A DNA stretch of 64,000 bases from Spirochaetota bacterium (lineage in GTDB: Bacteria > Spirochaetota > UBA4802 > UBA5550). The stretch spans positions 2,112,001-2,176,000 of the forward strand of contig OY760686.1 of assembly GCA_963663865.1 (NCBI GenBank). Direction: 5' to 3'. Below the pieces are notes generated by a model. The model saw only the letters and a list, made by a program, of their open reading frames with translations. It made no database searches and was not told where the DNA came from. A program made the translations under genes and the position numbers. Positions 1 to 8,576 of the stretch are shown here, piece after piece; the first letter of the stretch is position 1; each line of letters begins with the position of its first letter.

Positions 1-37
1 TCAGGTTTTCTTTTTTTATTAAATCTACACTTTCTAT

Positions 38-481
38 TCAACTTACATAATGAACATAATAGCCTGTCTTCCAGAGAGCATTCCCCTCTCCAGTTAAATA
101 TAAGGATGTCAGCTTCTTAAAAACTGCAACGGCCATTTTTATTGGATTAAGAAATTCCTTTGATGACTCACCCCCGGCAGATTCAAACAATATTTCATTT
201 ACACCAACTGTCAGATGGACTCTGTCTGATTTAATCGCTATCCCCTTCCCTGAAAGAATATTGGATATCATTATCACTGAATCAAATATCTCCCTGATTA
301 CCTGTTCATTATCCTTTGGATTTTTTTGTTTGTTTTCAAAATCAATCCTGCTGCTTAATAAGTCTTTTTCGGCCACAATTGAAACAAAATAATTACCGGG
401 TATAATCAGGTCATGACAGTACCTGCTTATAGAATTATGATTAAATTCGTCGTTTTTTACCATAGCTTTCCTCCTGAACAT
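38..481 (-). CDS. hypothetical protein
   Basis: 147-aa ORF in AT-rich DNA downstream of the tRNAs; no motif recognised. Confidence 0.5.
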   Translation of the reverse strand: MFRRKAMVKNDEFNHNSISRYCHDLIIPGNYFVSIVAEKDLLSSRIDFENKQKNPKDNEQVIREIFDSVIMISNILSGKGIAIKSDRVHLTVGVNEILFESAGGESSKEFLNPIKMAVAVFKKLTSLYLTGEGNALWKTGYYVHYVS

Positions 482-564
482 ATAACGGGCCAGGTGGAAA
501 TAGATTAAATATTTTTGGAATAATTCTGATATTTTTGAGGGTTCGGAAGAAAGTTGGGATTATG

Positions 565-638
565 CACGCCAGTCAGGATTCGAACCTGAGACCTACGGCT
601 TAGAAGGCCGTTGCTCTATCCAGCTGAGCTACTGGCGC
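565..638 (-). tRNA. tRNA-Arg (anticodon TCT)
   Basis: Reverse complement GCGCCAG-TAGCTCAGCTGGATAGAGC...ACGGC-CTTCTAA-GCCGT...GGTTCGAATCC...CTGGCGT-G forms a full cloverleaf; CCA not encoded. Confidence 0.96.
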
Positions 639-649
639 GTATAAACTCT

Positions 650-723
650 TCGGGGCGAGAGGATTCGAACCTCCGACAACTCGGTCCCAAACCGAGGACT
701 CTACCGGACTGAGCTACACCCCG
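650..723 (-). tRNA. tRNA-Pro (anticodon TGG)
   Basis: Reverse complement CGGGGTG-TAGCTCAG...CTCGG-TTTGGGA-CCGAG...GGTTCGAATCC...CGCCCCG-A. Confidence 0.96.
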
Positions 724-735
724 TTGATATAAGTC

Positions 736-764
736 AAATTAGTACCCACCATGAAATGTGTCAA
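736..764 (-). promoter_or_regulatory. sigma-70-type promoter for the tRNA-Pro/tRNA-Arg pair
   Basis: TTGACA-N17-TAATTT on the minus strand, 12 nt upstream of tRNA-Pro. Confidence 0.6.
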
Positions 765-873
765 TGTTTTTCTGAATTATACTCTCTAATTTTCATTCTT
801 TATGTTTTTATCTTGCATCAAGAAACAGCATTTCAAATAAAATAATTATTCCAACTTTTTTTTGGTTTAAAAA

Positions 874-900
874 GGACACTTCACGTAGAATCAGGTGTTT
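874..900 (+). promoter_or_regulatory. candidate ECF-type (autoregulatory) promoter
   Basis: GGACAC-N16-TGTTT about 30 nt upstream of the ECF ATG; resembles the ECF GGAAC-N16/17-CGTT architecture. Confidence 0.45.
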
Positions 901-929
901 AAATAATATATTGATAAAGGTGTTCATAT

Positions 930-1433
930 ATGAAAAATGAGATCGATATCGAATCTTATTATCACAAGTACGGGCCTATGGTTTACCGAAGATGCGTTTC
1001 GATTCTTCACGACGATGACAGAGCCTATGACGCCCTGCAGGAGGTTTTTATGAAGCTGATTACAAATTCGGCAAAGCTGGATGGATATTATCCATCAAGC
1101 CTGCTCTTTACGATCGCGACAAATGTATGCCTTAATATGCTCAGGGCAGACAGACACGCTCCGGCATACATAAATAGCGATGATATAGCCGAAAAGCCAA
1201 ATCCTGTGTCAGACAATATTGAAAACCGAGTAGCCGATACTGACTTGCTGGATAGGATATTCAGCCGTCACAAAGAGTCAACACGACTTATTGCATACCT
1301 GCATTACCGTGATGGAATGACGTTGAAAGAAGTCGCTGAGATCGCGGGCCTGTCTATTTCCGGTGTTAGAAAACGGCTAAGGAATCTTAAATTGGACGCC
1401 CTTCAATACATCTCTGTGGAGGAAGTACAATGA
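930..1433 (+). CDS. ECF RNA polymerase sigma factor
   Basis: 167 aa; region 2 (AYDALQEVFMKL, LFTIATNVCLNMLR) and region 4 HTH (DGMTLKEVAEIAGLSISGVRKRL). Confidence 0.93.
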   Translation: MKNEIDIESYYHKYGPMVYRRCVSILHDDDRAYDALQEVFMKLITNSAKLDGYYPSSLLFTIATNVCLNMLRADRHAPAYINSDDIAEKPNPVSDNIENRVADTDLLDRIFSRHKESTRLIAYLHYRDGMTLKEVAEIAGLSISGVRKRLRNLKLDALQYISVEEVQ

Positions 1434-2314
1434 AAATTTCAGATATATCTGATATCAAACTGGAACGTTTTCTTCTTGGTGAATTGCCTGACAAAGAAAT
1501 GCATGAAATTACTGCTGCCATTAAAAACACAGAGCTAAAAAATAGGATTGAAAGGATAAATAAACAAACCAGGAATTTCCAGAACGATTTTCGTACCTTT
1601 AATACCTTAAAACATCTAAAAATGTCAATTAAGGATAATAATCAAACAGTTAATATCTCAAAATATTTATTAACGATTGTTCCCGCAGCAGCAGCAGCGG
1701 TAATTATTCTTGTTATAAATTTCAACAACACACCGCATACAATCAACAACACCTCTGTGTCTTCAATCGCCGCAAATAGTAACAACACCACAGTTGCAAA
1801 TATTAAGAACAATTCTGTTATATCCGCATACAATCCAACAGATCATTCCAATGATACAACACGTATCAAGGGCGAACCCTCAATCTATCTATACTTAAAA
1901 GAACGTGGGAAGGTCAAACTACTGGAACCCGGATCGGAAGCCCATCAGGGCGATCTAATTCAAATAGCCTACTCTGTCCCATCTGACTGCTGGGGAACAA
2001 TTCTTTCATTAGACGGAAGGGGTGCTATTTCAACCCATTTGCCTCTGGACACATCAGGAAAAACAGCAATCAAGGCTGGCGGCAAACAACTTGTAAGTCA
2101 CTCATACGAGCTTGATGATGCGCCTCATTTTGAATACTTCCTATTTATTACATCACCAAAAGAATTTGAAATTAATCAAATATTAGAAGCCCTAAAGCTT
2201 GAGACAGATAAAATCATAAGTAATATAAACAATTCTGAAACTCCCGTTTTTAACCCTGGCAAGGAATATAAAATTTCCTCAATAATTATCAAGAAGGCAA
2301 GTTATGAAAAATAG
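1430..2314 (+). CDS. membrane-anchored anti-sigma-like protein with extracytoplasmic Ig-like (DUF4384/ActD-like) domain
   Basis: ATGA overlap with sigma gene; N-terminal helical domain (LERFLLGELP), one TM (LLTIVPAAAAAVIILVI), Asn/Thr-rich linker, TRIKG, then GDLIQIAY...ILSLDGRG...SYELDDAP. Confidence 0.75.
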   Translation: MKISDISDIKLERFLLGELPDKEMHEITAAIKNTELKNRIERINKQTRNFQNDFRTFNTLKHLKMSIKDNNQTVNISKYLLTIVPAAAAAVIILVINFNNTPHTINNTSVSSIAANSNNTTVANIKNNSVISAYNPTDHSNDTTRIKGEPSIYLYLKERGKVKLLEPGSEAHQGDLIQIAYSVPSDCWGTILSLDGRGAISTHLPLDTSGKTAIKAGGKQLVSHSYELDDAPHFEYFLFITSPKEFEINQILEALKLETDKIISNINNSETPVFNPGKEYKISSIIIKKASYEK

Positions 2315-4655
2315 TGCAAATATATACAGGATTCTAATTATTCTTTCATCTCTATTACTCTTTGTAGGCCTTGCAAATGCCGAGAGTAAAAATCATATAA
2401 GAAGGTTTTGCTTCGTTGCAGGAGCTAATGATGGTGGTATCGAAAGAGTAAAACTCAAGTACGCGGTAAAAGACTCTTATTCATTTTCCGGACTACTACA
2501 TTCAATAGGAGGAATATCGAAAGACGACTCACGTTTGCTTGTTAATCCACGAAGGGATGCTTTTTTAAAAGAGTTAACAGATTTTGCATCTTCAGTAAGC
2601 TCCATATCAAACAAAGATGAACGAACAGAGTTTTTATTTTATTATTCGGGACACTCAGATGAAAAATCAATTCTGCTTGGCAACGAGAATGTCAGTTATA
2701 CCGAAATCAGAGACATTATCAACCGAATTGATGCAGACGTAAAAATTGCCATACTTGACTCATGTTCATCAGGCGCTTTTACCCGGCTTAAGGGCGGCAA
2801 ACTACGCTCCCCCTTTTTAGTCGATGCAGCACACAACATGAAGGGTTTTGCTTTCATGACTTCAAGCTCCGTAGACGAAGCTTCACAGGAGTCCGACCGA
2901 ATCCGTGGTTCGTTTTTCACTCATTATCTTTTAACCGGACTTAGAGGTGCAGCTGACCTCAATCGCGACGGGAAAATTACTTTAAATGAGGCTTACCAGT
3001 TTGCTTACTTCGAAACCCTTGCCGGTACACAGCAGACTCTTGCCGGTCCGCAGCATCCGAACTATGCAATTCAAATGACTGGAACAGGCGACGTTATCAT
3101 GACTGACATTCGTCGAAGTTCATCTATTCTTGTAATTCCAGCAAGTATACACGGCAGACTCTATGTCAAAAACAGCAATGACATCCTCGTCTGTGAGCTC
3201 AGAAAAATGCCGGGCCAGGATATTGAACTTGGACTTGAAGAAGGAGATTATACAGTACTTCTTTCCCAGGAAGCCACTCTTCTCGAAGGGGAACTGGTCC
3301 TGCAGGAAGGTGAGAAAACTGAACTTAAATTAGATCTGCTCACCAGAGCTGATACCGAGTATACTCTTCAAAGAGGCACTAATCCAATGCCTGATATTCA
3401 AAAAAGTCAACATCAATATAATTTTGAGGAACAGGTGTGGTACTTCTCGCCAATATACCGCAAAAGCGGAAGAGAAAATATTCAAAATCGATTTGTTTTT
3501 AATCTCTTTGGGAGTTATTCTGCTGCAATCGACGGATTTAGTTTTGGTTTTGGCCCTACAGTAACAGAATATGACATGACAGGTTTTCATTGTTCAATAA
3601 TAGGGAACTATGCGGGCGGCAACGCAGAAGGCCTGTTATTCAGCAATATTTTCAATGTTGTTTGTCAAGATTTTGCCGGTGTTGAACACAGTGGTCTTTT
3701 TAACATTAATTATGGTGATACAAAAGGATTACAGTTAGCCTCACTGTTCAATATGTCCGACGGCGAAACCAAATGGGTCCAGATTTCAGGCCTTTTTAAT
3801 ACATCCGGGAAAGATTTTTATGGTTTCCGTATTTCTGGCCTTTTCAACTATGGTGGTAATAATTCCCACGGCTTTTCAGCCACTGGATTATTTAATCAAA
3901 CAGTCAATGACTTTTCGGGTGTAAACATTGCCGGCCTATACAACATATCTGGTGGTAAGGCTTCCGGTTTCCAGGCAGCCGGACTTTTTAACTATTCAGA
4001 GAAATCATCTTCAGGATTCAATGCCGCTGGACTGTACAATATAACACAAGATTCCTTCAAGGGTGTTAATATTGCCGGACTGTTCAACAAAGCTGACAAT
4101 ATTACCGGCGCTCAGATTGCACCAGTAAATATTTCTAAAAACGTTAAAGGTCTTCAACTCGGAGTAATCAACATAGCCGAAGAATCCGGAGGTCTTCCGA
4201 TTGGTATTATAAATGTATCAGGTGACGGCGGAATTGAGCTGGTCTGCTGGAGCAGCACAACCATGCTTTTAAATACAGGCTTTCTGTTCCGATCAGGATA
4301 TTTTTACTCAATCATTGCGGGTTCAACATTCAATTCAGAGTTCAGTGGCAAGGGTGATTCTTTCGGATACAGCTATTATGCCGGTGTACAGATACCTGTT
4401 TCAATATTATTTTTCAGCGTTGACGTGGGCCAACTGACAGTGGACAACAAAAAGATTTTTGACTACTCTTCATCGAACGACTTCCAGGTACTTCAGGGAA
4501 GATTGTCTGCTGGGATAAAAATATTGAATCGAATCTCATTTTTTGGCGGAACATCAATAAACTATAAATATACCTATGACCGATTTAAAGACGGAAAGCT
4601 TGAGGCTGAATACTTTGGAGGAGTTAGACTGTCTGTCTTCGGTAAAAATTTATAA
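2304..4655 (+). CDS. exported caspase-family (peptidase C14) protease with LA_2272-type repeats and probable C-terminal beta-barrel
   Basis: Signal peptide (…GLANA); catalytic dyad motifs YYSGHSD and ILDSCSSG; GSFFTHYLLTGLRGAADLNRDGKITLNEAY; 16-aa G-x-x-x-A/S-G-L-F-N repeats; amphipathic beta C-terminus. Confidence 0.88.
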   Translation: MKNSANIYRILIILSSLLLFVGLANAESKNHIRRFCFVAGANDGGIERVKLKYAVKDSYSFSGLLHSIGGISKDDSRLLVNPRRDAFLKELTDFASSVSSISNKDERTEFLFYYSGHSDEKSILLGNENVSYTEIRDIINRIDADVKIAILDSCSSGAFTRLKGGKLRSPFLVDAAHNMKGFAFMTSSSVDEASQESDRIRGSFFTHYLLTGLRGAADLNRDGKITLNEAYQFAYFETLAGTQQTLAGPQHPNYAIQMTGTGDVIMTDIRRSSSILVIPASIHGRLYVKNSNDILVCELRKMPGQDIELGLEEGDYTVLLSQEATLLEGELVLQEGEKTELKLDLLTRADTEYTLQRGTNPMPDIQKSQHQYNFEEQVWYFSPIYRKSGRENIQNRFVFNLFGSYSAAIDGFSFGFGPTVTEYDMTGFHCSIIGNYAGGNAEGLLFSNIFNVVCQDFAGVEHSGLFNINYGDTKGLQLASLFNMSDGETKWVQISGLFNTSGKDFYGFRISGLFNYGGNNSHGFSATGLFNQTVNDFSGVNIAGLYNISGGKASGFQAAGLFNYSEKSSSGFNAAGLYNITQDSFKGVNIAGLFNKADNITGAQIAPVNISKNVKGLQLGVINIAEESGGLPIGIINVSGDGGIELVCWSSTTMLLNTGFLFRSGYFYSIIAGSTFNSEFSGKGDSFGYSYYAGVQIPVSILFFSVDVGQLTVDNKKIFDYSSSNDFQVLQGRLSAGIKILNRISFFGGTSINYKYTYDRFKDGKLEAEYFGGVRLSVFGKNL
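3495..4225 (+). repeat. intragenic ~48-nt (16-aa) degenerate tandem repeats, LA_2272-family surface repeat
   Basis: GFRISGLFNYGGNNSH / GFSATGLFNQTVNDFS / GVNIAGLYNISGGKAS / GFQAAGLFNYSEKSSS / GFNAAGLYNITQDSFK; boundaries approximate. Confidence 0.8.
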
Positions 4656-4666
4656 AACATAAATAC

Positions 4667-4697
4667 AAAAAACCGCGGTAAAAAACCGCGGTTTTTT
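4667..4697. terminator. bidirectional intrinsic terminator
   Basis: AAAAAACCGCGG-TAAAAAA-CCGCGGTTTTTT between the convergent caspase gene and tRNA-Arg. Confidence 0.8.
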
Positions 4698-4701
4698 CAT
4701 G

Positions 4702-4775
<74 letters not shown>

Positions 4776-4839
4776 ATATCCAATTACAATGTTATCTTGA
4801 GCTCTGTCTCTGTCAATTAAAATGCGAACCGAGTGTCAA

Positions 4840-4879
4840 TAATTGAGTATATCTGTCTCTAAACAGATATACTCAATTA
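4840..4879 (-). terminator. 17-bp perfect hairpin downstream of the PPDK-like gene
   Basis: TAATTGAGTATATCTGT-ctctaa-ACAGATATACTCAATTA. Confidence 0.6.
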
Positions 4880-4884
4880 GATCA

Positions 4885-7494
4885 CTAAACGTCTACATTT
4901 TCCATCTCGATTATATTGTTCTGTGCGATCGCAAGCTTTGCAAGTGGGATTGAATAAGGCGAACATGAAACATAATTCATCCCTGTATTCATACAAAATC
5001 GGATATTATCCGGATTTGCACCATGTTCACCACACAGCCCCATCTTGATATCCGGCCTGGTCAGTCTGCCCCGTAGAGCAGCCAGCTCTATCAGCTCCTT
5101 GACTTCATCGCCAAGTAGATTAAATGGATTGTGTTTCATTAAGTCATAAAGAGAATAATCCGGGAAGAAAGTCGTAGAATCATCTCTTGAGAGCCCATAA
5201 GTTGTCTGAGTCAGGTCATTGGTGCCGAAGCTGAAAAATTCCGCATATTGTGCTATATTTCCAGCACCCAGAGCGGCGGCAGGAAGTTCAATCATTGTTC
5301 CAATTTTACAGTCAAGATGGTCAATACCGTATTCTTCTAGAACCTCTTTTTTTACATCAAGGATTCCCTTAACCATTTGACCTTCAATTTTTTTGCCATT
5401 TTTAATAAACTTAACTTCCTGTTCACTCATAACGATAGGTATCATTATTTCTGGTAAAACTTTTACGCCTTCTTTTTTGAGCATACATGCTGCCTCAAAA
5501 ATTGCTCTAACCTGCATTTCGTAAATCTCTGGATATGTTACAGCTACACGGCATCCTCTATGCCCGAGCATCGGGTTCATTTCAGCAAGATCAGAACATC
5601 TTGCCTTTAGATCTGCCGGCTTAAGGTTTTTCTGCCTCGTTTTCATGTATGTGATGAATTCATTCATACTATCATCTGTTCTCGGCAGAAATTCATGTAG
5701 CGGGGCATCAAGAAGACGGATAGTTACAGGCTTATCCGACATGATTTTCAACAGTTCATAAAAATCTGCTCTCTGCATCGGTTTTAGTGCATCAAGGGCC
5801 TTAAGTCTATCTTTATCATCTGTAGCAATTATCATTTCACGGAATTTCATTATGCGTTTTTCATTAAAGAACATGTGTTCAGTTCTGCAAAGTCCGATTC
5901 CAACAGCCTTAAAATCACGGGCAACTAAAGCATCTCGCCCCTGATCGGCGTTTGCGCGAACATTAAAATCTGTGACATATCCATCAACTATTTCCAGGAA
6001 ATCATTAAGCCCATTTGTTTTAAAATCAGGCTGGATCAAACCGACTTTTCCAAGATAGATCGTCGGATCTTCGTAGTAAGGGACATTAATTGAAATATAG
6101 TCGCCTTCTTTTACTGTTTTCCCGCCAATAGTCAGTGAATTTTTCGTCAGCTTCATGTCAGGTTGAACCATGGCGACCTTTCCAAGGCTTCTTGCAACAA
6201 CAGGAGCATGAGATGAGAATCCTCCCTCAGTCGTGATAACACCCTGAGCAACCTCAATAGCCTTAACATCTTCTGCAAAAGAAGACGGAAGTACCAAAAT
6301 GAGATTTTTATCCTCGCCGTGCATTATTGCTTTTTTGTATTCATCGAGAAGCCTTGGCGTAGAGAAGAAAACACGGCCTATAGCAGCTCCAGTTGATCCT
6401 GCGATTCCTCCCTTTATTGATTTAACTGTTTTAATTGTTCGAGGATCAATAACTGGATGGAGAAGTTCGTTTAATTGATTGGGCTTAATTGTTTTAATCA
6501 GCTCTTTTTTCTCTATTATACCACGGCTGCATAAATCAAGGAGAGTTTTTATCTGTGCCTGTGTTGACTTTTCATCACACTCTCTCTGTTCGACAAGCCA
6601 GAAATCATTCTCTTCAATAGTAAACTTTACATCTCTAATCTCATGAAAGTTGTCTTCAATACTCTGGGCCATCTGTGAAAGCTTTTTTAAGTACCCTTTG
6701 TCTATCGAAGACAATGCTCGTGCCTTGCCTTTCGTCAGATCAAATTCATTTTGCAAATATTGTCCTTGAATTTCTTTTTCTCCGGTGATTATATTACGAG
6801 TGTAAAAATTACCCGCATACGAATTGTCACCAAAATTACCATAAACCATAACTTGAACAATTATAGACATTGAATCATCAACGTCTATTTCAGAATCGCA
6901 GTATTTTGAAGCTGCCTGTTTCAATATCAGACTAAGTTGATCATAAGGGTCTAGCATGAATTCTTCGCCAAATTCCTTTAAATACGCACTAATCATTTCA
7001 TCTGATTTTTCCTTTGTACCTTTTTTTGCCGCAAACGGCGCTTCAAACTTCTTAATCTCATCTGCGGTCATATCGAAAAGATACTGCCCGACCCTCCTTA
7101 GTAAAAACAAAAATTCACCGTTTGCGAAATCCCTGTCAGTAAATTTTGCAAACCCTTTTACGGTTTCAAAGTTTAGCCCGATATTGTGAATTGAAGGAAA
7201 AAATGGTATATTGAGGTCAGAACTCAACACTACCTTCAGAAGAAGAGGTTTGTTTGAATCACCATACTTCTTCTTTGTTTCTTTTTCAAGATTTGTGATG
7301 TGTGACTTTAGCATTTCCTTTAGATTTACATTTGGAAGCTTTTTCGTTAAAACCGAATCTATAATAAAGCCTGGAGCTATTGGCAATCCCATCAATGCAA
7401 GATCAACTGCTCTTCTGCCCCTGATACCAATTTTCTCTTTTTGCTTTGCAGGTATTTCTTTTAAATCTTTATTGAAATAAATAATATTTTCCAT
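4885..7494 (-). CDS. ppdK: pyruvate phosphate dikinase-like PEP-utilising protein with degenerate nucleotide-binding domain
   Basis: His domain TTEGGFSSHAPVVARS; PEP/pyruvate barrel GIGLCRTEHMFF, TIRLLDAPLHEFLP, GTMIELP, FSFGTNDLTQ, GLCGEHG; N-terminal ATP-grasp motifs altered. Confidence 0.88.
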   Translation of the reverse strand: MENIIYFNKDLKEIPAKQKEKIGIRGRRAVDLALMGLPIAPGFIIDSVLTKKLPNVNLKEMLKSHITNLEKETKKKYGDSNKPLLLKVVLSSDLNIPFFPSIHNIGLNFETVKGFAKFTDRDFANGEFLFLLRRVGQYLFDMTADEIKKFEAPFAAKKGTKEKSDEMISAYLKEFGEEFMLDPYDQLSLILKQAASKYCDSEIDVDDSMSIIVQVMVYGNFGDNSYAGNFYTRNIITGEKEIQGQYLQNEFDLTKGKARALSSIDKGYLKKLSQMAQSIEDNFHEIRDVKFTIEENDFWLVEQRECDEKSTQAQIKTLLDLCSRGIIEKKELIKTIKPNQLNELLHPVIDPRTIKTVKSIKGGIAGSTGAAIGRVFFSTPRLLDEYKKAIMHGEDKNLILVLPSSFAEDVKAIEVAQGVITTEGGFSSHAPVVARSLGKVAMVQPDMKLTKNSLTIGGKTVKEGDYISINVPYYEDPTIYLGKVGLIQPDFKTNGLNDFLEIVDGYVTDFNVRANADQGRDALVARDFKAVGIGLCRTEHMFFNEKRIMKFREMIIATDDKDRLKALDALKPMQRADFYELLKIMSDKPVTIRLLDAPLHEFLPRTDDSMNEFITYMKTRQKNLKPADLKARCSDLAEMNPMLGHRGCRVAVTYPEIYEMQVRAIFEAACMLKKEGVKVLPEIMIPIVMSEQEVKFIKNGKKIEGQMVKGILDVKKEVLEEYGIDHLDCKIGTMIELPAAALGAGNIAQYAEFFSFGTNDLTQTTYGLSRDDSTTFFPDYSLYDLMKHNPFNLLGDEVKELIELAALRGRLTRPDIKMGLCGEHGANPDNIRFCMNTGMNYVSCSPYSIPLAKLAIAQNNIIEMENVDV

Positions 7495-7530
7495 TTTTTT
7501 CTCCAGTATTTCTTCTTTAGATTAATAATC

Positions 7531-8433
7531 CTAGAAAAGATTAAGCACTTTACCCACTCCGATTTTCAAGAACTGCTCAAATCTGTGGCTGGCGCCTTCA
7601 TAAAGATATTTCTGCAGCTTTGAAATGCCGCGAATATCCTCTCCTGCCACCTGGAAGAAAATTGAATCACCATGTTTAACCTTCCCCCATTTAAAAAGCG
7701 CATTTATGTCATTTATGAGTTCATTCTGGTGGTATATATATACCTTCAAGTCAGGATATTTCGTTGTGAAGCTTTCAATTATCTTCTTCCATGCTTCTAC
7801 ATTTCCATTGTGAAATAATTCGTTTGAAACCTGCACCGCATATTTGGGCGTTACATTCTTTTTAGATGGTGCGGCCTGAGTAACCGGTTTTTTTACCGGC
7901 AATTTCGGAGCAATAGTTTGATCAATAAAATCTGGACTTATAAAAACATCTTTTCCAGACATCATCTCCTCAATAGCATTAATGGCGTCCTGCTCAACTT
8001 TTTTATCATTTTGTTTTATAAACCTTGCGTAAATAACCGCAAGCTGATCCTGCACTATTTCACGAACCCTTTCCCAGTGTTCCGGATTCTTTGGATTAAT
8101 CAGCAATACCTTCCCGCCTGACGTAAAGTAAACGATAACGATATCAACAGCGGTCCACTTCATCGTTTCAGTATATATACTTTCAAATTCATTGAGATTT
8201 GAAAGGAGATTTATTGATCTTGCTGAATAACCGTAACGGTCTCGCAACAATGCCCCTACAACTGGCAATATCTGATCTTGACTAACTTCCTCTTCATCAA
8301 GAAAAGTATTCATAACATCCGCCAGGTTTCGTTTCGCTTCCATATCAGCAACTACATCGTTAACAGAATAAAAATGCCTCAATGCCTTGTTGAAATTACT
8401 CTTTGTAGCCAGCGAATAATATGTGGTGTCCAT
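7531..8433 (-). CDS. conserved spirochete protein between cfpA and ppdK with C-terminal HPr-like domain
   Basis: 300 aa, AGGAG RBS; C-terminal part VQVSNELFHNG…KVKHGDSIFFQVAGED resembles HPr (ITNETGLHARP…GVKKGDEITISAEGED). Confidence 0.75.
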   Translation of the reverse strand: MDTTYYSLATKSNFNKALRHFYSVNDVVADMEAKRNLADVMNTFLDEEEVSQDQILPVVGALLRDRYGYSARSINLLSNLNEFESIYTETMKWTAVDIVIVYFTSGGKVLLINPKNPEHWERVREIVQDQLAVIYARFIKQNDKKVEQDAINAIEEMMSGKDVFISPDFIDQTIAPKLPVKKPVTQAAPSKKNVTPKYAVQVSNELFHNGNVEAWKKIIESFTTKYPDLKVYIYHQNELINDINALFKWGKVKHGDSIFFQVAGEDIRGISKLQKYLYEGASHRFEQFLKIGVGKVLNLF

Positions 8434-8469
8434 ACCAAATCTCCTTTTTGCAATTTTACGTGATAGAAT

Positions 8470-8498
8470 ATACTATGATATTGCACTATAATATGCAA
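8470..8498 (-). promoter_or_regulatory. candidate sigma-70 promoter for the HPr-like/ppdK pair
   Basis: TTGCAT-N17-TAGTAT on the minus strand. Confidence 0.45.
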
Positions 8499-8519
8499 GT
8501 ATTTTGAAATATTTCCTGT

Positions 8520-8549
8520 AAAAAAAGGGGAAGCCTAACCGGCTTCCCC
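8520..8549 (-). terminator. intrinsic terminator of cfpA
   Basis: GGGGAAGCC-loop-GGCTTCCCC followed by a T7 tract on the minus strand. Confidence 0.85.
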
Positions 8550-8576
8550 CTGTATTTATGCTGATTCATTGCTTGG

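Noticed and set aside
3495-4225. Periodic 48-nt repeats as a CRISPR array or DGR
   Set aside because: They are degenerate, in-frame protein repeats with no constant repeat/unique spacer pattern, and no cas or reverse transcriptase gene is present
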